The notes beneath the pieces were generated by a model, which saw only the letters and a list, made by a program, of their open reading frames with translations, did not search any database and had not been told where the DNA came from. DNA of 64,000 bases from positions 45,570,001 through 45,634,000 of the forward strand of contig CAIIXF020000001.1 of NCBI GenBank assembly GCA_903813345.2. Direction: 5' to 3'. Of this stretch, positions 25,301-38,365 are shown in pieces. Origin of the DNA: Owenia fusiformis. Lineage: Eukaryota. Made by a program: the position numbers and the translations under genes. Numbering within the stretch: position 1 is the stretch's first letter; each line of letters starts with the position of its first letter.

Positions 25301-26473
25301 TAAAACATAAAACCTATCTTTTGGCCTATACCCGGGGCCTATTTTTCTTTCGAACACTTGAGATCAAGCGGTGGCCTCCAACCTGCTGAGATCAAAAAGA
25401 ATTTCGTTCATTAACCTTCTCCTATTAAATTATTAATTAAGAAATTATTAAGAAACTATTTATTGAGTTAATTAAGTAGTAGACTAGTCAATAGTAATAT
25501 TAGTAGCAGTCAATAGTAATATTAGAGAAGATCGTTTGAATCGAATAACTTTCTGTTTTGATGCGTTTCACAACCTTTTCTTGTCTATTGATTCAATTAA
25601 TTGATTCTCAGCGTTCTTTTCGCAATCCATGATCCCCCATTGGAATACCATTTGGCTTTCAAAGAAAAACATGATTTGTGGGAGAAAGTTCACTTTCATT
25701 TTTGCCATAATTATAATGAATTCCATTTTGTGTTAAGTATCAACATGTATGTTTATGTAGGTAATCATGTTTTCATGTAGTTATTTCTTTAGATCATACA
25801 TGAAAAGTACAAAATAAGATTTTTCTTGGAATGTGTACATTCTCCAATTTTAAAAACCTAAGGCAATGCTTATGTATGAAATATGGAAATTAGTTGCATA
25901 CCCTTCTCTTGAAAGCGCATAGGGGCTGGTATGATATTTTAGTCGGACTGGTATATGAATATTTTTTTTTGAAATAGTCAACCCACTAATAACCTAAAGC
26001 TTTGATCCTACATGTATGACTGTTCGAAAAGTGCCTGTATGCGGGATTGTAACAACATGTTATAACATTATAGGATAAATATAAAAATAACTTTTAATCC
26101 ACCATAAAATATTGATTATTCCTTTAGAAGGGATTACTTGTTATTCATACAAATGTACTTTATAAGAAGAAATGAAATATGATTTTTTATTTAGTGTTAA
26201 TAACGTTTTGTTAGTGAGAGAAAGAAATTTTATGCATTGTAAATAAAAATGTTTCGGATATGACACTTAGCCATCATTTAGTGCCTAGCTCAAGCTGCGA
26301 CCGGTGATGGATAGTATTGATACATTGCTACGGAAGGAGATTATGTCGCCCTTAGACATGATCAAACTCCTATCATGACATGCAATGTCGAGTTGACTGA
26401 TCTTCCATTATTACAAGTATTGTTTGCAACGTTGGCATTACCTTGAGTGTCAATGTAGCTTTTGTTAACTAAT

Positions 26474-28258
26474 CCCCTGATACACCAAACTTTAGTTCTC
26501 AAACCATCACAGGTCCCTGTACAAGGAATTCGGCTGTGATCGGGGTGAAGCGTCGTAAAGTAACCATGCTAGCTAGTGTATGCTGTATCCGAAACATGAA
26601 CTCGACACACCCGATTAGATCTTGATAAGTCCGACAAAAAGTCATAAAACTGGCTAAATCTGGCTGTGGTCGGGAAAATGACAAAAATAACTAGTTACTT
26701 CGTTAATAACCAGTCGTTAATACTACCACGATCATTCGCAGTCCGTTCAGGTCGCACCAGTTCGGTGAGTACACGTACAGGAATTAATAGGGAGTTTCAG
26801 CTTGCATATAAAATCGAAACGCCAACACGTATGACCAATCCCCCATATACAAATGAATCGCTTAAATATTTTCTGTTCGCGTTTAGGTTGTGAAAAACAA
26901 TGCAAGCTTAAACTCCCTATTATCCGAACGCCAAACGTCGTAAACGGTAATTACGTTCGTATTCTAGCTAGTAGCAAGGTCATCTCGGTTTATCTACGTT
27001 GTCATACAGTCTAATTACAGAACGGTATGGTCGTCATCGAAATTTTTTCTAAATCATCTTCCCGTTCGAGCACGTCCATGAAGTTCGTAAGTAGACCGTA
27101 GAAAGTTGCAGCTGCGTTCATTCCGTTCTCACACAGTTTAAAACCAGTTTGACAGCGTTTTGAAGAACGCAGTCTTTAATACGTCCCAACCAGTTTAAAC
27201 CGGAATGTTATAAAAACCCTTCGACCTTCGACCTGCACCTTCGACCTTCACCTTCGACTTCCAAAAAGAAAATATTATAGATTAGCTATTTTTGCCGATC
27301 TCAGACCACGCAAGAGTCACTTGATTTGTGGTTCACAGGTGAGATCGTTAAGATCTTAAATTGTAGCAACGTTTGCAGTACTCTAGGTATAGTTACAGGG
27401 GTGAAATAGCGTTTTCATGTTATCAAATTAAGATTCTGTTGATGTTGATCGGGTAGTCAATCGGGTAGTTTAAATGGAAGTTTCCCTTTTTAGAACTTAC
27501 TTCCTGGTTTTGATTCGATTGAATCGAAGTAAGATTAGAGTAAGTAGCGATCAATTACTGTTCTATTTATTGAGTTCAAATCATAGTCTTGTTGTGTGAT
27601 CAATATTAAAACGGGATATGGCGTCAATAACTTGTTATTTAACTTCCAAATCTTGTCCGAAAAGTGATGACGTCACCAGGCATATAAAGTATTTCGCCGA
27701 TGTAAACTCAAGAGATGACAGCTATAGCTTTCGACGAGGACAGAGCTCCGTTCAATTTCATAATCTATGTGAAGTTGGACTTAGTCGTTTTTCAAAGAAA
27801 TATTTTTGGACTTTGACAATTTTCATAAGAAAAGTCAAAGGTGCAGGTCGAAGGGTTTTTATAACTTTCTTTTTGGCCCGCTTTTTTGGATACCCTGTAG
27901 GTCGAAGCTGGAGGTCGAAGGTGCAGGTGGAAGTTCGAAGGGTTTTTATAACATTCCGTTTAAACCCGTTATAAATATATTAGTTCTACCTCGTTCCCAA
28001 CGTCCATTTAGGAGTGAAGTTCGACAATTCCGTTCATAGAACGTCCAACTCGTTCTAAGTCCGTTTGTCATGACGAACACCAAAATATTTTGAACATGTT
28101 CTAAGATATTGATAATGAGCGCCTACCCGTTCGAGTACGTTCGTGAAGTTTGTAAATAAACCCCAAATGGTTCTAAGTACGTCCAATCCGTTCGTACACA
28201 CTTAAGCTCGTTTTCGAGAACATACTGTAGTGAACACACTAGTTTGATGTGTGTATAG
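26474..28258. mobile_element. MITE family C, diverged copy containing a nested insertion
   Basis: The termini (..acaccaaact../..agtttgatgtg..) and the internal sequence are homologous to 57450-58257. Confidence 0.65.
27202..27957. mobile_element. Nested non-autonomous DNA transposon with 9-bp TSD (Mutator/MULE-like)
   Basis: TIR ggaatgttataaaaacccttcga/tcgaagggtttttataacattcc, TSD GTTTAAACC at 27193-27201 and 27958-27966, and subterminal 7-mer (ccttcga) arrays. Confidence 0.8.
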
Positions 28259-28463
28259 TCAGCAGCAGGGTGAAACGTTCTAAAATACTATATGCTAATT
28301 CGTTCCGTCTTTCAATACAAGAACCGATTACGAACGAGTAGATCGAGATGAGTGCGAACATTTATGAAATAAACGTCGTGAGTTTGTCAAGTGCTTCAGA
28401 ACTATTTATTTCGTTTGAATGACTGACCAGGTAGGCGCGATTCGGTCGAGTAACCCCCCTTGG

Positions 28464-29240
28464 CCCCTATCACACCAAACTAGTTCTTACCCGTTCTTGC
28501 CAGTCCTACTAAAACGTCGTAAAACTGACTCAATGTGGCTGTGGTCGGGAAATATGTCTAAAATAATTAGCTACTTCGTTCATAAACAGTCTTCAATACG
28601 TCCATCTCATTCGCAGTTTGTTCAGGTCGCACCACGTCGGTGTGCAACGTACGCGTCGTATACCGCGTCCCTTAGTCTAGAAGGTCATCATGACCTGATT
28701 ACAGAACGGTATGGTCGCCATCGAATTTTGCATCGATTCAAAATTCTAAATCACATTCCCCGTCCGGGAAAGTCCATGAAGTTCGTAAACAGACCATAGA
28801 ACGTTGTAGCTACGTTCATTCCGTTCGCACACAGTTTAAAACCAGTTTTGAAGAACGCAGTGGCAACTTGCTTGGTGCGATAGCTATATTTTTGCTAACT
28901 CGTTGATAAATACGTTCTTAATCAGTTTAACCCGTTTGCAATTAGTTCTACCTCGTTCTCAATACGTCCCCAGACAGTTCAACTCGTTGTCAAAACGTCC
29001 CTGGTAGTATTGAAGTACAACGGTTCCGTTCATAGTACGTCCAGCTCGTCGTTAGTAGGTTGTCACTCGTTCTAATTGTAAAACGTGACGACCAAGAGAA
29101 CATTTTGAGCATGTTCTAAATTCTAGAGGACCTACCCGTTCGAGTACGTTCGGTGAAGTTTGTAAATATACCCCAAACGGTTCTAAGTACGTCCAGTCCG
29201 TTCGTACACAGTTGAAGCCCGTTTTCGAAAACGTTTTCGG
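28464..29240. mobile_element. MITE family C copy, right terminus missing
   Basis: Highly similar to 57450-58225 over about 770 bp, starting at ccctatcacaccaaactagttcttacccg. Confidence 0.8.
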
Positions 29241-29303
29241 GGCAAAAAACAGCACAAATCCCAAGTGACAGCCTGTAGATGGCAATGGCTATCGGGGGAG
29301 GTA

Positions 29304-30172
29304 CACTCCCCTCCATAAGTTTGGCAACCTTAGCTCCCCCATTGAACTACGTGTTAACGCTTCTTTACGTTTGAATTTTTATTTACTAACCTGCGATGAA
29401 ATAACTTATAATATTGATGAAAACGTAACTTGACTTTAATTCCAATACCTCCAAATTTTTCCAATTTTTTCCTCAATTACAATAGGTCGAAAATTGATGA
29501 AAAAGGACGATTCTCGGTTTGGAGAACAGTCTCCTGGGCTAATAATTTTTTTCATGAAAAATATAGAAATATTACCCAAATTAAACTATGAATATTCAAA
29601 AGAGGACATTTACATCTACAAGATGTAAAAATAACAAATTGGTCTGAAGCAGGGATAATGCTCAATTAGACTGATTCAATAAAATACAAGTCTTGATTTT
29701 GAGGAAAGAAGTTCATCAGTGCACTGCGCTAATATTTTTTTGCGAAAAATCTAAAAATATTACCCAAATTAAATTATGACTATTCAAAAGAAGACATTCA
29801 AATCTATATTATGTAAAAAAATCAAATTTGTCCGAAACAGGGATAATGCTCATTTAGATTGAAGAACTTCGTTCTCCAAACCGAGAATCGTCCTTTGATG
29901 AATTTTTGAAAATCGTCATTCCCATGTAAACCAATGGTAAATGGTGGGTTCGGGGCAAATCAGAAATCGGGATATCTATTCAGTAAAAGATTCAGCAAAA
30001 ATATTTTTATATATTAGAAAATCGAATTGTCTAAATATCTTTGTACACTAAGTTTTTAGTTTACTTGATGAATACTAAAGTTACAGAGCTTCAAAGCCAT
30101 TTTTGAAAATCATTTTTCGCCTCTTGTATTATTTCAATGGGAGAGGTTGCAAGGACTCGGATGGATGGATAT
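29304..30172. mobile_element. MITE family A copy carrying a nested insertion
   Basis: Starts TA-cactcccctccataagtttggc, and family A sequence resumes after 29895. Confidence 0.75.
29503..29895. mobile_element. Nested TIR element with internal ~190-bp tandem duplication
   Basis: TIR aaggacgattctcggtttggagaac/gttctccaaaccgagaatcgtcctt enclosing two diverged copies of gctaat...gggataatgctca. Confidence 0.75.
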
Positions 30173-30427
30173 TATGTGTTGTAGTAATGTCTCATAAGTC
30201 ATTGACAGCTCGTGCTCTGTGGTGATGCTATGCATATAAATTGCCCCACGTTACATGCGACACCAGTGACACATAAATAAGATGTTTCATTCTGAGTCAC
30301 AAAATTTGAATAACGTTTGCTAAAATCAACATTAATCTCCATCATTATCTATCTCCCCTTGGATTAAAACATCGCACAAAAATTAAATTTTACCCCCTGT
30401 GAATGATCTACTATTCAGATGGTAATA

Positions 30428-30595
30428 CATTCCCCTCCATAAATTTGGCAACCTTAGCTCCCCCATTGAACTACGTGTTAAAGCCTCTTTACGTTTGAAT
30501 TTTTATTTACTTAACCTGCGATGAAAATACTTATACTATTGATTGAAACGTAATTTGACTTTATTTCCAATACTTCCAAATTTTCTCAATTTTTT
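30428..30595. mobile_element. MITE family A solo left arm
   Basis: TA-cattcccctccataaatttggcaaccttagctcccccattgaactacg... Confidence 0.75.
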
Positions 30596-32816
30596 CACTA
30601 CGGGTCTGATGCCTCTGATCTTTAATTTCACCATTACTTGGTAATGTTTTCATTGCAACAGAAACATCATATAATTATCAACATTTTCCATTTGACTTCC
30701 TTTTTAACGTGACTGAATGAACCGACACCTTTGTCAACTATTAAAGTGCAATCAATGGAGCAATGGGGAAATATTAGAAGTGACATATAATTAGAAATGA
30801 CACCAAGGCTCCTTGAACATACACACCAAAAGAATAGTGCAATTGGTGTCCAAGGGGACCTGTTTTTCCAGCATCTCGATCCGTGATCCACGGAAATATT
30901 TGTCCAAATGATTATCATAAAAGAAAGAACGACTTTTCTGGTCATGAACATTTAAAGTAAAGGTAATGTACACATGGGATGTTAATGCCACTAGGAAAAA
31001 TATTTTGAAAACGCAGAACGAACGAACGAACGAACAGTTAAAAGAAAAAAAACAGTTGACTTTACATTGAATTTTCTAGTCTCTTGAGATGCACTGGGAA
31101 GATTAGTTGAATTTATTGACGACATTGATATTGGTTGGTTTAAAGGATTGGCGTCGATATAGTGAACTGAATTCAACAATGTTTTTCTCTTAAACCAATT
31201 ATTGAAAACATTCTGTAAAAAACACGGTCCTTTATGTAATGTTGACTGATTGACAACAATTTAACGCGAAAATTATTTATATATATATTTTTGTTAACAT
31301 TTTTTGTTTTTGTGCAAATTGTATTGTTACCATTTAAAAAGATGACCATTAAATTGACGATGTGTAAAATATTTAGAAATTTTTGATGACTGATTTAAGA
31401 GAAACGTGTGTTCAAAATGTTCACCATATCGATACCAATCCTTTTGAAGTCATTGCTTCTGGTAAAGAACATTGCCTATGATTCATATAAAAATGCAGTG
31501 AGGATTTAGCTCAGTCTTTTCCTAAAGTTGACATAACAATTAAATCTCCTCTTGTAAAACATTTTGAACGACCCTTACATACAAGTGTATATCCATTTCA
31601 TTTGATTTCATGGCATGTAGAAAATGATGTGCATTGCGAAATAGGTAATCATAATAGGTGAATTTCATTTCATTTTTTGTAAACATAATTCAGAGAGCAT
31701 CGGATGATAGTCGGAGTGTTTTGAAAATCTTTGAATGTGTTTTATATTATCAACATACAAATTTGTAATGACTGAAAGTAGGTCAAATGGATTTTATAAG
31801 AATACGGTTAAAACATATGCAAACTCGAGCAAAGCCAATTATATTTCAAATACTAATTCCTAATCCCTCTAGAAGATAATCTGAGACGCTTGAAGTTAAA
31901 TGTATGCTAACTACTGCATGCATGTGATCGCTCGTGGAGATATTGACATCCAATCTTGGTCTTGTCTGACGTACTCTGTAATAAGTGATCCATAACAATC
32001 AATTTACATATTATACCAGATACCTCCAATAACAATGATTTATGGTAAAACAACAGTACATTAGAAAGGATGAGGAACAGAAGGAATAAGCCGCCCTTGC
32101 ACTTGGATGTAATATGTGTTTCTTCTAAATGACATCTTACAATAAAACATTTTGATTAATTTTACGCCTATGGAATATTTTATCTGTAAAAAAATAATTA
32201 CCTGCAGTTCGTTCCTATGACCATTGTCTAAAATCAATATATAAAAAATATAGCTGGGCGAGCCATCATTGCAGCATGATATAATTCATTATCGATCCGA
32301 CTGTATTTTTGAAAAATACATTAAACAAATATAAAATATACAATTTGTAAAATAGTAAATATGAAATTGCACTCGGCCCTTCATTTTACAAGAGTATTTT
32401 TGTTATGACAAACGATATTGGAGATGAATAATTGATAGTCAGCATATCTTTCTCTGTAATCAATTTTTTCTTGAAATTTGCATGCATCATATATTTTTAT
32501 TAGTTAACGTAGACTTCAAACGAATAAAGCGGAAGAACAAGTCATTTATAGTTTAATAGACAACATCTCAGCTTTCTCTTGCCTCATTCAGATCTAAGAT
32601 TGCATGATCACGTGCATCGAGGATCGTTTTTTATTTACCTAGTGTCAGTGCAGTTAGTGCATACAAACAGGTCAAAACAACTCACATTTATTGTGACGTA
32701 CAGTTCCCTACAAATTGCATTAGCAGCCCCAACCTCCCCGTGGGACTACGTAACGATTTGCAGAGATTAATCGAAGTTATAACCGTTGCAAATTAAAATT
32801 TAAACATAAACTTAAG

Positions 32817-33572
32817 CACTGTTCCACAACTAGTTACTTTGACGGAACGTCAATGTAACAAAATTGATGAACTTCCTGGATACGATTTTTTGTTTTCTAG
32901 ATTTCAACTTACGTATTTAAATCATGTTTCGGATTATCATTTGGCATAATATAATATAGTCTAACTTTTAGAAATCCGTCAAAGTAACATTGGTATCATA
33001 ACGGACTTTCGTCAATGTAACAAAAGCGAAGTTACAAAGCAAATTCCAAATCGAAGAAACTTATTAAAACCAGACTATATTTCGAGCTTTGTGCCAAATT
33101 ATAATCAATGTAACAAAATGGATGAACTTCCTGGTTACGAGTTTCTTTGTTTTTCTCGATTAAAACCTACTTAATAAATCATGTTGCAGATTATAATTTG
33201 GCACAAAGCTAGATATAAGTCTAGTTTTAATAAGTTTCTTCGATTTGGAATTTGTTTTGTAATTTCGCTTTTGTTACATTTACCATGGGCGAAAGTCCGT
33301 TATAATACCAGTGTATGTTACTTTGACGACTTACGTTAATGTAACAAAAGCGATGGTCTAAATACATGAATAACAGCTTTATTTAAAAATCAAATTCCAA
33401 ACAGAGAGCTTTTCTAAATGCTAGACTATATTGTCTAACTTTGTGTCAAATGATAATCCGCAGCATGACTTATACGTAAGTTTAAGTCTAGAAAACAAAA
33501 AACTCGTATCCAGGAAGTTCCTCAATTTTGTTAGATTGACGTTCCGTCAAAGTAACTAGTTGTGGAACAGTG
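32817..33572. mobile_element. Foldback non-autonomous transposon with CAC termini and 5-bp TSD (Transib-like)
   Basis: Long TIRs cactgttccacaactagttactttgacggaacgtcaat.../...attgacgttccgtcaaagtaactagttgtggaacagtg with TSD TTAAG at 32812-32816 and 33573-33577. Confidence 0.8.
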
Positions 33573-33998
33573 TTAAGTAAAACAGTCTTTCATGATCACC
33601 GATTGACAGCTGGTGTTTAATAATGAATAAATATGTTATACCCATATCACCCTACCCTCATACTGTAACCTGTATTCCTTTGAAGTTACAAATGAAGGAC
33701 TTTTAACTAGATTTTACAAATATTTAAGTGTATTATACTAGAAAAGCCCCATAGACAAAAGTAGAGATTACCAGCTCCATTTGCAACTTTTTTTTTATAC
33801 ATAAATTTATTCCTTTAGTAAACAATAATAGACATGCAATTGATTGCCAAAGTTTTATAAAAAAAACATTAGCGGCAATTTTAGACAATATGAATAGGAA
33901 TACATTAAAATTAAAAAATTTATCAAAGTAATGTTAAAACTCATATAAGAAACTATAATCCCATGGGCCAGGGATGGGTTAACACATGCATGCAAAAA

Positions 33999-36900
33999 TT
34001 AGCCAAACCGATCAATTTGGCTCAAACTTTGATTCACCCAATGACTCATTAGTTCTATTAATTTTTCATTTAAAGAATTATCTAAATCTTCATCACCATA
34101 CAAAAGAAACTGAATTTTGTCAACTGTGTTCAAACTCAGAACCAAAAGATGAAGATCTGAAGTTCGCAGTCCTGCAAATAAAGTTTCACGCTCGTTTACA
34201 AGCAGAGGACATTTTAAGATAAAATGAGAAGGTGTTTGTGGTAATCCACATTTACAAAAGGGATCACTAACACTGGTGAAATTATGAGCATATAGCTGCG
34301 ATTTTAAAAGAAGGCCCACTCTGAGTTTGTTAAAAGCACATTCAACATATCTAGGCATTTCGTTTACCATTTTGGTAGTGGGTAGCATGGAGACAGGGCT
34401 CCTGTGATCTCTTACTAATCTTTTGAAGCGTGATATCGATATTCTTATTCCATTCAAAATAGTTGACCTCCGGAATGAATTGCTAGCTTTTGTAGGAATT
34501 AAGTAATGTCTTGTATCTCTCAGTTGCCTAGTCTGAGTATTTTCATAAGTTTGAAGTAATTCACAAATGAAAGGTGGGTAAGAATTGTACCTACATTTAA
34601 ACATAAACATTTTAAAATGCTCATCTCTTCTAGTTGATAGGGATTTCCAGTTTAAGGAACTTAGAACAGAAGCAGTGTTTGACCCATGTATAACACCAGA
34701 AACCAAACAAGCTGCTCTGTAGTGCAGTCTATCTAAACATTGAAGTTTAAAATTTGAAGCTTTACTGTAAATTGTATCACAGTAATCAAAATGTGGCATA
34801 ATGAAAGCATTGTAAATTGTTTCCAAGTGTTTACTCTTAAGAAGTTGCCAAGCTTCTTTAAAGGTCTCATTAGCGAAATTACTCTCGTGATAAGTTGGTT
34901 AATATGGTCATTAAAGTTCAAATGTTGATCCAGAATTAGCCCAAAGTGCTTATGACTATTGCATCTTGGTATCATTTCATCTCCTAGATGTAAAGGGGGA
35001 GGTTCAATAAGTTAGTTTCTAGTTCCCGTGAAAATCAAATCAGCGCTTTTTTGTGCTTTAAAAGTCATTTTCCAGGTATACGCCCATAAGGCAAGATTAT
35101 CTAAGTCATTTTGAATGGGTTGGTGTACATGTATATTAATAAAATTCTCACTTTTCTCAAAGGAGTTATAGACTGAAGTGTCATCTGCAAAAATAAAGGT
35201 TTTTGAATGCAAATTATCAGGAAGATCATTCACATATAGTAGAAAAAGCAGGGGTCCTAATACTGATCCTTGGGGAACTCCGGCATTTATGACTAAATTG
35301 TTATGCAAATTATTTGGGTTGTTTGTATTGTCATTAGCATTTTCATTGGACCAATTCGAATAGCTATTATTCACTTTAACTTTTATTCTTCTGTTGGATA
35401 AATATGAAGTCATCAGTTTAATGAAGTTTTCCTGACAACCGAAACCTTTAAGTTTAAGTAGCAAAAGTTTGTGCGGAACTAGGTCAAAACCTGACGTCGG
35501 GTCAAGGAAAACAGAGCGAACGTTTTGACTATTGTCAATTTGAGCATGGATATCATGAACAATATTGATTTACTGTGTTTCGGTAAAAAGCCACTCTGAA
35601 GTTTATAAATCAAGTTATTTTCTAAAAGAAATGATAAAAAGTTTTTATGTATAATTGTTTCAATTGCTTTTGAAAGGCTGCTTAAGAGGGTTACAGGTCT
35701 ATAGTTTGTAATCAAGCCTTTGTCACCCTTTTTGTAAAGGGGGGTTATAAATCCTTCTTTACATATATCAGGAAAAATATTTTCTTTAAAAATTTTATTA
35801 AAAAGCTCAGCAGTTGGTATTGCTAGAGATTTAGCACAGACTTTTAACATTTTGTTAGATATATTGTCAGGCCCATGTGCTTTAGAAATGTCAAGATCTT
35901 CTAAAATATTAAATACTTCTTCAGGTAGTTTCGATTTCCTGAAAAATATGATGAGTTCTGGGTCTAAATATTGGAGAGTAATTCTCTGGAATAGTAACAA
36001 TGTTCTTGCTTACAAAGTATTTCATTAAAACATTTGCTTTATCAGAGCTCGTGGCTGCTGATAAGTTAGAATTAGGGTCAAATAAAACCGGAATTGATAT
36101 AGCTTGATTTTTCCAAGTAAGTCGCGAATCAAAGACCAGTAGTCAACCGAATTTTTGGAAGTGTTCTCAATTTTTTCTGAATTTTAAATTCATGTTCAGA
36201 TTTTGCTTCCGAAATCAATTTGTTCACTTTCTTACTTTGAATTTTAAATTGCGTTTGTTAGGTCAAAATGTTAGTGGATTTATATTTATGGTGAAGTTTG
36301 TTTCTTTTGTAAATCTCCTTTTTGATGTTATTGGAAAACCAAGGTTGATCATCATACCTGATTGAAATAGTCTTATGAGATACATTTGTTTTAATTATGT
36401 CTAGAAAAGTTCTAACAAAGAGCTCTGTGGCATTATTAACATTGTTGGTCAAAATAAAATCCCAGTTAGTTTCTGAAATTTTTTGATTCAGTAAATCAGT
36501 CTTCTGTTTTGAAATGCCATAATGTTTCTGAGTTTCCAATTGGCGGGTCAACACTAACAGATAGAAGGTGATCAGAGTCGGTTATTAAAAGGTCAATGCA
36601 TGATTTAGAAACATTTGTAATCCGTGTAGGTTAATTTACCAACTGTTGTAGAGGTCAAATAGAATATTATTTAATTTCAAGCTAGCTAAATCAATATCGT
36701 TGTCATACCAAATTTTATTTCTGGCATTGAAGTCTCCATTTAAGATTACACCATCTGTTGGTAGCAAAAGCACTTGAAAAATGTTTAACTTTAACTAATC
36801 TAAGTAAAGTCTAGTTGCATCTGCTGACATTGATGGTGGGCGGTAGAAAAAACCATACATAAAAACTTTATGTTGAGCCTTAACCTCTACCCAACAATTT

Positions 36901-37511
36901 GCTAAATCTTGGGACATAAAAGTTTCACATACTTTAGCCTCGATGCTATCATGTGACCATAACAATAGACCTCTTCCCTAATTTGAAGCATACTTAGGTT
37001 TACCATATCCTCTTATGAAAAAATCTTTTGAGTTCAAATCTTCATCAGTGACATTGCCTGATTCACAAAGTGCTATCAGATGAAAGTCACCATTTAATGC
37101 AAAATCTTTTAAAAATGCTAACCTTGTCAGAGAATCTGCCTTTACACTATTTATGTTTGTGAATAATATTTTCAAATCATCAACTGGACCTGGGTTTCTT
37201 TCTATATCCCCACATAGCAAAAGTAACAACCTGCCAATATGGCCTGGGTTGTGAAAAATTAATGACATACCTGGAATGCAAGTTAGAGTCATTAAAAATA
37301 CAACAATTTTCACAAATATCAGTGTGACATTGCGATGCAACTTTACTAGGTTCCTTATAATATTGAGAAGCACAACCATGTTAACAGGCAAATATACGAG
37401 TGTGGTTTCGCATATGAGTACAATGGCAAATGCTAAAGACTTCAAAAGTATACGAATGTTAGTGAAAGGTAAAATCCATAACCCTCCACAGATTAGTAAG
37501 AGGGTTAATAA
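33999..37511 (-). pseudogene. Frameshifted ORF2 (hydrophobic leader-2A-EN-RT-Cys/His C-terminal domain)
   Basis: Fragments in changing frames: LFTNINSV/IALCES, QPWF, KAHGPDNI/NYRPVTLL/QSGF, GVPQGSVLGPLLF/FADDT, HKHFGL, PHFDYCD/CKCGLPQTPSHFILKCP. Confidence 0.88.
37185..37235 (-). other. 2A-like StopGo (ribosomal skipping) peptide GRLLLLLCGDIERNPG|P
   Basis: Matches the D(V/I)ExNPGP consensus, is preceded by a Leu-rich tract, and lies immediately upstream of the endonuclease domain. Confidence 0.8.
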
Positions 37512-38365
37512 CATTTGCAACTTCACTATAGCCTGTATCCCTTTTAAATGTGGTGACGTGGAAGGGTAAAGTTACCCATTGCATTCGTTCGACTTCGCTT
37601 CTTAAAATTAGATCATATACTTTTGCTGAATATGAAACAATTTTCTTTGACATGTTTTACATCATTGGAAAGTTATGCCTAATTAATCTTAAATGCTGCT
37701 ATTTCATATCTGCACAGTACATTTTGTACAATCTAATATTCAAGCCCAAAATGTCGCCATTGTTTACTATAGTTAAATATGCTTACGCAAGGTATGATGG
37801 AATAAGTACGAAAAGTTGTAGATATACGTTGTGAGTTACTACTGAAATGATGAAAGTTCATGATTTACGTAATGTTATTACGGAACATTGTGTTAGCGCT
37901 GTCCCGCGTCTCAAACAATTTATGGTTTTATCTCAGATTTAGCAATCAATCCTGTTTTTGTCATTTACCATCCAATATTGTACTAGTCGGTCATTGCCAT
38001 GTCATAAATAAAGTGAATATAGGTAAAAATTTACGTTTGAGTCGTATGTTTCCAGTTTTGAAGATTAATGATATTCCTCTTTGAACAAACGTTAGTCGAG
38101 TAGTGATCATGGAACAAGGGGAAATATGAGTCGAGAACTCGAGATCGATTTTTCCGAAAATTGATGGCAATATTTGTAAAAGTAAAAAGCGTATCATAAA
38201 TGATATATATTTCTGATATTTCCAATAAATAAAGTTCAGACCCGTTGGCCCTGAACTTGGTAGTCTAGCTTTCTTAGATTTGCTTTTTGGCCATTTAATT
38301 TACTCAGATGCGAGTAGGTAGTTACCAGTTTCGCCACCAGGTGGCTGATTCGGGGAAATTAACAT

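Larger units (their letters stand above)
33790..37511 (-). mobile_element. 5'-truncated, degenerate non-LTR retrotransposon (CR1/L2 group) with 2A-like motif
   Basis: 12-bp TSD catttgcaactt at 33778-33789 and 37512-37523, and AATAAA plus an A-tail at the 3' end (about 33790-33811). EN and RT fragments are collinear. Confidence 0.9.

Noticed and set aside
30640..31000. Coding-like sequence with short minus-strand ORFs
   Set aside because: Stops occur in all plausible frames and no domain is identifiable.
32200..32228. 26-nt AG/GT-bounded minus-strand micro-exon candidate
   Set aside because: Too short to distinguish from chance without transcript data.
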